From the NCBI GenBank assembly GCA_010093815.1, contig ML996585.1: a stretch of 64,000 nt of DNA; one strand, 5' to 3'. Origin of the DNA: Pseudovirgaria hyperparasitica (lineage: Eukaryota). Made by a program: the position numbers and the translations under genes. The notes under the pieces are model-generated. The model was not told the origin of the DNA. It saw only the letters and a list, made by a program, of their open reading frames with translations, and made no database searches. This document shows, one piece after another, positions 12,034-22,232 of this stretch; the stretch's first letter is position 1; each line of letters starts with the position of its first letter.

Positions 12034-13249
12034 TGAGTGAGACTTCATGTGTGTTGAGGGGGTGGGTGAAGAAGCAAATACTACTATTATCCTCTTTGTA
12101 TACATATTTCTGTTTGTGGGGTGGCTTGGTGGAATCTTTTCTGTTGCATTGCGAAGGGGCGTGGGCATGGCATGATATGGTGTGGCATGCGTAGATAGCT
12201 TAGTTACTTGGGTACGTATTAATAGTCTGCGAGACAGATGTGTGTATACAGTGGCTAGTCATTTTCTGCTTGGGCCCGTGATGCTGCTGCGAGTGGAAAT
12301 GGATGGCTCTGAAAGTCTGACATGTACGTGTCTCTACAGCTCTCATTCGTGTTGGCCAAGACATCCTGTCTTGTTCTTGTCCCTTGACGAAGGCCTGAGG
12401 ACTTTATTGTCCGCTGGGGTCTTGTCCGCTGGGTCTTGTCCACTCTGCTCCGTAGTCAATGTATTATGCTATTTTACAGATATATACATACATATACATA
12501 TACAAGCCTGAACTAAACCTAATCCCACACCAACGCCATCACCGCAAAAGCATAAGATAGATAGTCACTCGTCTAAATCTACCTCTTGACCTTCAGTCCG
12601 TCATTAGTGCTTTTATATCTTAAGTAAGTAATCTTTGACGTACCCATATATGTCCGCTACGTACCCAGCACACAATCTACCCTACTAGCTAGTCCACTCA
12701 TTCACTGACCCACTCAAACACACGCTCTCTCTCCTTCACTTATATACTTGATATTGGCGTTGACTAGTTCATGGACTATCTGGCTCGTTGATGCTTGATC
12801 CCTGTGTTGGGGTCTCTTTCCTTTCTTTCTTTCTTTCTTTATTTCTTTCTTGCTCTCCTTCCTTCCTTGCTTTCTTTCTTTCCTTACTTCTCGCTGAGAA
12901 CAAGAACATGCACCGGAACTGTCGATGCGACGATTCGGCAAATGGGACGAGACCGCGCATGGATCCACAAGGACACAGGCGCTATGCGCTTGCTCGCTCG
13001 CTCGCTCGTTCGCCCGTGCTGGGCTGGGCTATGTTTGAGCATGTCCCAGGACCGCAGTGCGTATCATGCATGCGTGTGTTTGGGGGGTTGGGGTTGTGCG
13101 TTGTGTTGTCGACATGTATTACCATTGTGCATTATCATTATATAGTGCTGCTGATCCACGACACTGAAACTGACGCTACTGATTGGATAACTACCATCAT
13201 ACAACAATGCCAACCATCACCATCACTACTAATCCACACAAACACGCAT

Positions 13250-13375
13250 CTGCTCAAAATTCATGAAAGCGTCGATTATAGTTTCCAAACACTTGGAACA
13301 CGCAGTGCCACATCCTTTCTATCTTCCATTGTAGAAGCAAGGGTTATACTGGTCTTCTACTCTTAGATAGAGAAG
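13250..13375 (-). ncRNA. Candidate structured ncRNA, unit A (unidentified)
   Basis: Lies downstream of TATAAATA (13406-13399) and CAACCCGGCAC (13452-13442). Has two hairpins and an Sm-site-like GAATTTTGAG at 13262-13253. Boundaries are approximate. Confidence 0.35.
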
Positions 13376-13398
13376 GGGAGATAGGAGAGGGGGATGGG

Positions 13399-13452
13399 TA
13401 TTTATAGGGGTTGGTTGAAGGGCCGGGGTTAGTAGGGGTGTGTGCCGGGTTG
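13399..13452 (-). promoter_or_regulatory. CAACCCGGCAC motif plus TATA box (unit A promoter)
   Basis: Plus strand gtgccgggttg at 13442-13452 and tatttata at 13399-13406. The same architecture recurs twice nearby. Confidence 0.5.
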
Positions 13453-13823
13453 GCCTGGGCATGTAGCGGGTCAGTCTAGATATTGCGTGATTCAACTTGA
13501 CTAAACTAAGTAGTTAACTGACAACTGACTGAATCATTCACAGGACGAATGGCGTGTTTATGCTAGATAAGATGTATATAAATAGATAGATTTGTGAGTC
13601 CTTAAGTTTTCGGGTAGAGTGTAACTACATACGTGTTATAGGGTTACTACGACTAGTTCTACTACTGCTACGAACGAGAACGACTCTGATCATGCTGCTG
13701 TCTATGCTATTGATGGTAATGCACTTTATCATCATCACCACACACCACACACCACACACCAACCCCCAAACATACAAACAAACAACAGCCTCCCCACACC
13801 ATGCCATCTCAACGATACACACA

Positions 13824-13985
13824 CCCATGGGCCATGGATTTTCTACTCTGAGAATGAGTAGCGCCGGGCCACTACAATAATGCTCATGTCTCTTCTTATT
13901 CTGGGAACATGCTTGAACTGTGCCATATAGTTCCTTATAACCAACCCGTGCGAAACGCATTTGCACTGTGGGTTTTGGGGTTGGG
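13824..13985 (-). ncRNA. Candidate structured ncRNA, unit B (possibly H/ACA-like)
   Basis: Lies downstream of TATAAATA (14018-14011) and two CAACCCGRCAC motifs. Contains a series of hairpins with ANANNA boxes at 13902-13897 and 13844-13839. Confidence 0.4.
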
Positions 13986-14010
13986 AATGGGGGGAGGGAA
14001 TGGGGGTTGG

Positions 14011-14428
14011 TATTTATAGGTGGTATGTGTCGGGTTGGAGGAGGGGAGGGGAGGGTAGGGTAGGGTAAGTGGGTTGGTTGTTAATATGTGCCGGGTTGGT
14101 CTGGGTGGTCTAGTCGTTCTACTTAGTGTAAATGTAGGGTAGTTCGCGTGACTTGAGTTTGACTGGGTGACTTACTTATTCACTGAACGCCCAACGAAGA
14201 TGTGTGGTAGCCTGACTGGCTGGCTAGCTAGCTGGGTACGTCTTAACACGTACGTGCTACTAGACATACATGTTAACAATAGGTGGGTTAATACGTATCC
14301 TGTAATTCTTACACAAGCCTGTCATACTCTTCTCCTATCATACCCTTCTCATATCGAGCACGTACACGTCAACCCGACGCGTCAACCCGGCACTAATTAG
14401 TAAGTCAGCGTATATACATCTATATAAA
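14011..14428. promoter_or_regulatory. Divergent promoters of units B and C
   Basis: Minus strand: motifs 14088-14098 and 14027-14037 with TATA 14011-14018. Plus strand: motifs 14370-14380 and 14383-14393 with TATA 14421-14428. Confidence 0.5.
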
Positions 14429-14440
14429 CCCCCCTCCTCT

Positions 14441-14620
14441 CTCCCTCCTCCGTCCCTCCCAACCAACCCCCTCAACCCCACACGCACCGCAACAGGTCTT
14501 AGTTTATGCTGCGGTCGCCGCGGCGGTGGAACTATATGGATTCAAGGTGTGCGTTGTGGGGCTCGGTTTGAGGGGAAAGAGGAAGGGGAAATTATGGACA
14601 GGGACGGAGGAAAAAGGGAG
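14441..14620 (+). ncRNA. Candidate long-hairpin ncRNA, unit C (unidentified)
   Basis: Lies downstream of two CAACCCGRCRC motifs and TATATAAA (14421-14428). Nested inverted repeats close a roughly 180 nt foldback. Confidence 0.4.
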
Positions 14621-15016
14621 GTGATGGGGGATGAAAAGGCAAAGCAAATGATGTGAGAGGTTTTGGAGGGGGGAGAGTGAGGGTTGTGGGGTGTTGGGTG
14701 TTGGTGGTGATAAGTGGTATTTGGTCTTGATGATGATGATGACTATGAGCGATGACGATAGTGAACAGTAAACAGCATCTGCAAGAGCGCAGCTCACACA
14801 TCTCACCCTCCCATACCCTCCCCAACAGAGCAGTATTCGCAATCCCACGCACCAAGGCCACATCTACGCGCCACCAAGCCACCACGATCCACAAACTCAG
14901 GTCTTGAAAACGCTATTTACCGCGGATGTGTGCGTGTACAACCTACGAGGTAGATATATCAGAGATTATATACATGCGTAGCAGTCATTCGATTCCTATG
15001 TTCCAACCAAGGCTAT

Positions 15017-17694
15017 CTACCTCCCCCTCGAATTATCCCACATCAAATCAAACCCACTACCACTTCCAGGTCCAGACCTAGCCCCAGAGCTAGCCCCAGC
15101 CCCAAACGACACTCTCTCCCGCTCCGGCTCGTCGTCCATCTCCGGCTCCGGCGCTACGACTTGCAAGTCGGCTCCGTCGTCGGATTCTGTGTCGTAGTCT
15201 TCTGGGTCGGACGCGGGTGTGGGGTTTGGAGAGCCTGCTGCGGGTGGAGAACGGGGTGTTGGTGTTGAAGTTAAGATAGGGTGGTTTGAGTTGTTGTGGG
15301 ATGATGAGGAGCCGGGGCGTTCTAGCTCAGGGGAGAGGAGGGCTTTTTGTTCTTTGGGTTGGAATACTGATGGGTGGGGGTGTGTTGGTAGGGGGCGTGT
15401 GAGAGGTGCTTTGGGTCGTTGGGGGAGGGAAGGTGTTGGTTCGATGTCTGTGTCGAGGAGGGATGAGAGGAGGTCGCTTGGTTTTGACGAGCTTGTTGAA
15501 TGATGTGGCTGAGGACTGGTAGACATCAGGCCTTGCCCCCCTGCTCCTGACGGGCGCTGCCACTCCGGCGTGGTGTTCTCGTCGACGTCGATATCGAGCA
15601 ACGGCTTTGTGCTGTCCACCATCACGATACCATGTCCGCTGTCCTGCGCCTTGACCATCGTCTCGACGTCGACCTTTTTTCTTTCCGCCATTCCCTGCTT
15701 GCCCTTCTGTTCTTGCTTCCGCATTCTCTGCTCTTCAATCTCCCTCTCAACCACATCCCTATTCACATCCTCCCACCCAATTCTCAGCAGTACCTGTCCA
15801 ACAAGATCCTTATAGCTCGTGTGCCCGTCCACCGCACCGCCCAGATCCACATTCTCCACACCCTCCACGCCCCTCACCTTCTGCAGCCCGGCAACACCCC
15901 ATTGCAGTGCCCCAGCACGATACACCAGCCCAAGAATCCAATCATCGCCACTATACGCATTCACAACCCTCCCACACACCACCGCCCTCACCTTCCGCCA
16001 CTGCCCTTCGTCCGCGGGCACCGGCGCACCCATAAACACCACGCTCTCCACCAGCCCGAACGCGCCACACTCGGCCAGCCTCAGCAGCGCAAACCACAAC
16101 ACTCGCGCACCCAGACTGTAGCCCACGAGACTGACCGGGCGCTCGCCCTGGACACGGTCCATGAGTGCCTGGGCAAGCACGGCGCCCGCCTTCTCGCTGC
16201 GACTCTTGGCCACGGCCCACGGCGAGTCGAGCATGTTTGCCGTACGGATCAGGCCGATGGGCATCAGGCCCGCGGCGATGCTGGAGAGTAGGGTTGCGCG
16301 CAGGACTTCCCAGGTCAGGGTGTCGACGGCAAATGATTGGATGAGTGTGGCGAGGTTGGTGCCTAGGCGGAGCAGGGCGTCCGTCTCATACTGGAGGGCG
16401 AACGGTTCGGTGGTGTGTGAGTCGAGACAGTTCCAGGGCTGGGTGATGTCGGCAGCAGAGGTGAGGAAGCCGGATATGGCGATTGTGAGGCGGAGGTGGT
16501 GGGTGCGTTTTGCTTGGATGATTGCAGAGTCGTTGGGATGGCTTGCTGGTTCAGGGGATTGATCATGCCCTGGAGCTTGTCAATAAGAAAATCACGACGC
16601 TGGAGTGGACAAGTACCATGTATTGGCACAAACTGGAATTCTTCAACATCCTTGGCGTACTTCTCCACGATGCCACCCGTCATCTTCCCTCCATAGGCAC
16701 CAAACAACCCCCCTATCAGGAAAAAATTGGTGGCTAGAGGTCCCAGTAGAGTAGCCAGAGCACCGAGTCCCAGGCTCCCCATAACACCGCCGATAGCACC
16801 AGCAAGTATAGGAGCCGCAAGACCGCCAGTGACTCCAATAAGTACAGCTCCACCGACTGTCGCCAGACCAACTTTCCATTTCCGCGACAAAACACCGTCA
16901 TCGGACTGCTTTTGTTTCGCTTCCTCGGCAGACATCTGTGAGGCAGCTGAATCCAGTAGACCGCGTGCTACTGTCGCTTCACGCTCAGACAGGACACAAT
17001 CAGACAACCGGAAGCTTTTCTGCAAGTACTGCAGTAAAATCCGCGAGTAGGCATGATAGTGCTCCAGACTTAGCACTAGCAGTAACATGCAATGTAGAAC
17101 AAGAACTCGCTGCGGCTCCTCAAGCTTAGTGATGTTCGTAGGTATCGAGCGGACGCGAAAAGTGTACTCTAGCTCGCTATCTGCCGGCTCGTCAGCAGCA
17201 GCATCCTCTCCCTGAGCCCAGGCGTAGAACCTCGCTTCTCTACGCTTCGTAGCTGCAGCGTCTGCTTCAGCAGATGCGTTTCGGCGAGCAATCCGCACTT
17301 CCTCAGATCGAACCGACAGGACTTCGCCAACTCGCTTCAGCACCTTCATACGCCACCCGTCAAAATCGGCAAGTGCCTCTTTCTGGAAACGCTGCATCTC
17401 CGGTGTCGATAATTCGGCTTCTCTGCGACGCCGGTTCTGCTCAATCTTCGCTCTTTCGTCGGTCTTCCGGTCGTCGACGTCGAGCAGAGAGTCTGCACCT
17501 GAGGAAGCACGTGACAGTGGAGCTGAGACATCGAAATTGGCCAGAAGGTTTCGACGCATGTTGTCGGCGGCGAGACAGACCAGCAGAGCGAGATCGACGC
17601 GTTGTGCTTTCGTGTTTAGGATAGTGGTCAGCGACATGTCGTCCTCTTTCTGCGAGGAGGCGCCGCGGCCTGCGTTGCCCCAGCCGGAGAACAT
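15017..17694 (-). CDS. DUF726 / TMCO4-family membrane protein (alpha/beta hydrolase-like)
   Basis: Intron 16570-16616 (GTACTT...CAG) joins the two ORFs. Motifs GLATVGGAVLIGVTGGLAAP, LTIAISGFL, RPVSLVGYSLGARV and VVNAYSGDDWILG. Confidence 0.9.
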
Positions 17695-18144
17695 GTTGAA
17701 CGCTGTACTTCTGTTCTGAGCTCGCTATAATGATGTGTTACTTGAAGGGACCTGTGATGCGAGCCCTTCAATTGTGGCTTGTTGGTGGAAAGGTTGTTGC
17801 TTTGCCAAGAATACGTCCAATGTTGGCTTGGCTGCTGCCTGAATATCAATCCTCACGACCAGGACACGGGAATATTTGCGCCATCGTTTTCCTGATGGTA
17901 ATCGCAATGATATCAGACGTGGAAACAGAAATATTGGAAGTGTTGTTATTCGTTTTCTGAGCAGCGATGATACGTGATCTGTGGAAGGAGGATAGATTCA
18001 AGGTTTCATCTATGCTTATGGTGGGGCACACGAGCGATGTATTAGTTCGGCAGATCCCGACACAGTGAAGATTCGAAGAATGGTGGTGCAGGTAGATGGC
18101 ATTCTGAACTTTTATCCTATTAACCAAGCATCAATTACCTCATC

Positions 18145-19211
18145 CTAGACAATGAGCCCATTTTCGGGTTCGCTGTACTTGGTGGATAGGTCGACCGAAT
18201 CCACCTTGTTACCGATCTTTACCTTGACAGAGTTGAAATGGACGTTCATGCTACGGAGACTGGACATGAGATCTGTTACGTTGCTAGCTTCGTCAAAGTT
18301 CGGTCCACATATGGGTTGCAGTGCCCAAGCCAGACTGACGTGAAAGCAGTGCGTGCGGTCAACAACTTCAACAAGGCTGTCGCTGCGACTACTACTGCCA
18401 TGATGCTGCTTTTTGGTTTTGACAGAATGGTCGTGCAGCTCTGCCTCTTTATCATCGTATAGCTGATCCAAGTCCAAGGACGCTGCAGCTCGATTACTCG
18501 CGTCCAAGAGACGGTTAAGCTCGTCGCTGTCTGGTCTATCGATGCCAGCGACTAGAAAGTAACGCGTACGCGAATGATTGGGTACCCACCTCAGTGAGGT
18601 GAACTTGATATGGAAAGGTCGCACACCACTTTGCTTGAGACTCACGACAGTCTTCGTGTAGAAGCTATCCTTCTGCGCCGTCGTCAGGGTTAGGGAACGA
18701 GAGAGGGAGATATGTAGCGGAAGGGACATCTGAATATCGGAAGTAAGCAGACTCGTAATGCGTGGACGTATTGGTGTATCTCCCGACGGGCGCCGAGGCG
18801 AATCTCCGGCCGTCTTGCGAGCAAAGTCCACGAGACTATTGAGAACTGTGGACTCGGCAGAGTTCGGATGCCCTCGGAGTCATAGTTAGTCATTACAGGC
18901 ACTGCTGTATACCATAAGCAGCTATACGCGGTACGCAACTTACATTCCAGATAGACATGGGAGGGCCAATTTCCTTGTCTGTGCGGCACGGCCCTGATGC
19001 GGCCGCCATGCAAGGCTGGATCGTCTTCTGTAGTGGTCCTCGCGTTATACGAGTACAGGTCGTGAAATGAGTCTGGAAGTGGTGGCAGATCGGATGATGT
19101 GGAGTTGTCGTGTTTTCGCTTCAAGGCGTTGTTGGTGTTGGCTTTGCGTGGCAGCGGCTGGGCGTCTTGGAGGTCATCGTCGTCCGAGTCGGAATAGTCG
19201 ACGAGGCCCAT
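18145..19211 (-). CDS. USB1: U6 snRNA phosphodiesterase Usb1/Mpn1
   Basis: MGLVDYSDSD start, [23 protein letters not shown] and two HxS motifs (LHISLS, FHVSLAW). Intron 18873-18943. Confidence 0.9.
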
Positions 19212-19840
19212 TACATGTTCTTCTTCTTCTTCCTCTTTTCCTCGTGCTCCGGATTCGGGATGACAAGGCTGACGGAGGTGGATTTGCGTAGACGTGTACC
19301 TGACGAGGAAAGGGAAAAGAGATGACGTTAATCCCGGGCGATTTAGAGGGATTCGATCTGCAGACCCTTTTCTTATGGGACTACTATTGTGTAGCGGCGG
19401 GCTGGGCTGGCTGGACTGGGCTGGAATACTGTAAGCGGGCGGGCTGGGGGCGCTGATTGGCGTCTAATTGGCGTCTTTTTGGGGAGGGACCCGCCCTTTT
19501 CGGGGGATGGACCCGCCGATTTGGAGGGAATGACCCTGGCGGCGGGCTGTTGGGCATGACGTAGCGCGGATTGGCCCATGCAGTGTATGTACCTGCCACG
19601 CGTCATGGCCCGTCAGGTCGTGGCTTCCAAATCAACACGAGGCTGCCCGCATCCGCATCTTAATAATATCTGCGGCCTCGTGCTGCACCCCCGGTTCTGC
19701 ATTTGACCTTGTCCGTCCTATTTACTGTACTCCTCTGCTTCTCACTTCCACCTCTCGCTCTCTGTACAGCTGCAAAAGCCTCCTCATTTGTGTTTCATTG
19801 TCGTCTGACACTGTCCTGATTACATTATACTACCACTAGA

Positions 19841-21020
19841 ATGGGCGAAGACAAAGCTTGGGTAAGCAATCAGCTCTCTTCCTATCCCATCATGTTCGAT
19901 AATTGACACTTGACAGGCAAAGGCCTATGTCCTCGATCCATTAAGCGGACCTGATCCAAGCGATGAGACTGGTCCTGGATCACATTTCCGCTCCACATAT
20001 GATTCACTTCCTCCGTCTCCGGCATCCGATTCGTCCAAGACTCCACAAGTAGCTGTCCAGACTACCGGTGGAAGCTCATCCACGAACCCATTCAAACGCA
20101 ACACAAACTCTCACTCCCGAGCAAGCTCAAACCCTTCATACCCTACTCCGCCAAGCTCTACAAGCCCACGACGAGAACAGTTTCCTGTTTTGCCAGACCA
20201 CGGCTCACCAAGTCATTTGTCTCCAAGCCAGTCGCACGGCAGGGATGGACCGTCCGGGCATAGACGCCGTGGGAGCTCGCTCAATGAGAGGTACCCTGGC
20301 GATCCTACAGTTCGCCCTCTCGACATGCTCCGCAAAGATACCAAGCGGGCACACCGAGCACCACATCTCCGCAAAGCAAACCACATTGGTCCTGATTTGA
20401 TCGATCGCCTCGATCCGACCATGACGTATCATCATGAGAGCCCCTATGACGCCGCGTCAATTGCTCGCAACCAACAGAAAAAGTACAGCCCTATTGCAGC
20501 TCTCGAGTCGAGCAACAAGGAGGCCTTGAAAGCAACTCCTCGTGAAAACATTCAGAATGCAGTCCAACGCCATCGTCCACTTGAAGGCGTAGCGACTGTC
20601 CCTCCAGGGATGGAAGATCGCTTCGGACGCAAGTACGATTACGAAGAAGGTTCCGACATGCAGCGTGAAAACGGTGGCGACTATAAGCGGTGGCCGGGTC
20701 TGGTGAGTTCAACCACGTGTTCTTGTAATGTAAATGTACATACTAATCCCGCTCAGCAATATCACCCCAATGATCTCAAGGGCAAAAGCGAGCCGTCGTA
20801 CACCATTGAGAAAGCACTGAAAGATCACAAGGCGCGCGGAGGTGATGTCGAGATGACGTCCCGAGCACGCAACAAGAGTCTAAACCACACCGACCGACCG
20901 AGCAGCCTCAACGGACACGCCGCGAGTGGTATCGATCGCAGCAACAGCACCGGTGCCAACGTCACATCCGCACTCAAGCAGCGCCTGCACATCGGCCGCA
21001 AGCCTGTCACTCAGAACTAA
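19841..21020 (+). CDS. pal1: Pal1 cell morphology protein
   Basis: Exon 1 MGEDKAW, introns 19862-19916 and 20703-20756. Motifs DLIDRLD...YHHESPYDAA..RN...YSPIAAL. Confidence 0.8.
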
Positions 21021-21532
21021 CATGATCCATACTCAAGAACAATCTACTCCGTCATGTACGATACGACTTAGTAACTGGACGAGTAACTAGAATAGGCGAG
21101 AAAATGGAGGAATTGGATTACACAATGGAGTCTTGGATACCACAAAACGTTGATGATCATCACACTGCCTGGACATTATTGCTCCACGATATATCTATAT
21201 CTTTTCAGAATTAACGACGCCACGAGTCTCCTTATTGCTTCATAGTAGTGTGTATATTATATATAGAGAGAGGAAAGATTTGGATATACCGCTTTGTACG
21301 TCATGTTCGTGTCATGTGTCAACTAACTGTGTCTCGTATTGGAAGAGCATTGTAGCGTTCCATGTCGTCAATCAGCCCTACACACTCTTCATCAATGAAC
21401 CATGTCACTAGATTTTGACTTGACTCTCAAAATTAACAAGACATAAACGTGCGGTACTATGCATTTTCAGTTGATACGACTATACACATATAACTATCTA
21501 TGTGTTCCCCTTCACCAACCAAACCAAACCAA

Positions 21533-21764
21533 ATCCATTCATCCATCCGTCCATTCATCCATCCGTCCATTCATCCATCCGTCCATTCATCCATCCGTCC
21601 ATTCATCCATCCGTCCATTCATCCATNNNNNNNNNNNNNNNNNNNNNNNNNNNNNNNNNNNNNNNNNNNNNTCCATTCATCCATCCGTCCATTCATCCAT
21701 CCGTCCATTCATCCATCCGTCCATTCATCCATCCGTCCATTCATCCATCCGTCCATTCATCCAT
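21533..21764. repeat. 16-bp tandem repeat (CATCCATCCGTCCATT)n spanning an assembly gap
   Basis: Perfect units on both sides of 45 Ns at 21627-21671, so the true length is unknown. Confidence 0.95.
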
Positions 21765-21789
21765 TGATGCATCCATAGATAGATACATA

Positions 21790-22032
21790 CATATCCATAT
21801 CCATATCCATAGTCCATAGTCCATATCCATAGTCCATATCCATAGTCCATATCCATAATCCACATCCATAATCCACATCCATAGTCCCTATCCATAGTCC
21901 CTATCCATAGTCCATAATCCATAATCCATCCAAGACTATCTCAACAACGATAATCCATAGTCCATATCCATAATCCATCCAAGACTATCTCCACAACGAT
22001 AATCCACATCCATATCCATAATCCATAATCCA
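21790..22032. repeat. Degenerate hexamer array (TCCATA/ATCCAT variants) with longer duplicated subunits
   Basis: Runs of atccat, gtccat and atccac. The subunit atccatccaagactatct occurs twice. Confidence 0.85.
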
Positions 22033-22232
22033 ATCCACGACTATCCCCACAACGCCACGCTGTGATGACGATGATGAAACATATAACATGCAACTTATTG
22101 TCTTCCCACCAGATCCCATATAATCAATCAATCAATCAATCAATCAATATGACCACCCCTCCGCCAAGGGACGAATTACTGCTTTTATACTTTGCGTCGC
22201 AAGATCCTTTTTCCTCTTTCTTTTTATTCCAA

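Noticed and set aside
12935..13055. GGCAAATGGGAC and GCATGTCCCAG resembling HDV ribozyme segments
   Set aside because: The order is reversed, and P1/P3 of the double pseudoknot cannot be built.
13625..13966. 113 aa ORF overlapping unit B
   Set aside because: It runs into GT-repeat sequence and has no similarity to the short peptides of units A and C. It is not fully excluded without ribosome profiling.
21533..21764. Possible CRISPR array or telomeric repeat
   Set aside because: There are no spacers, the context is a eukaryotic chromosome interior, and the unit derives from a CATC microsatellite rather than TTAGGG.
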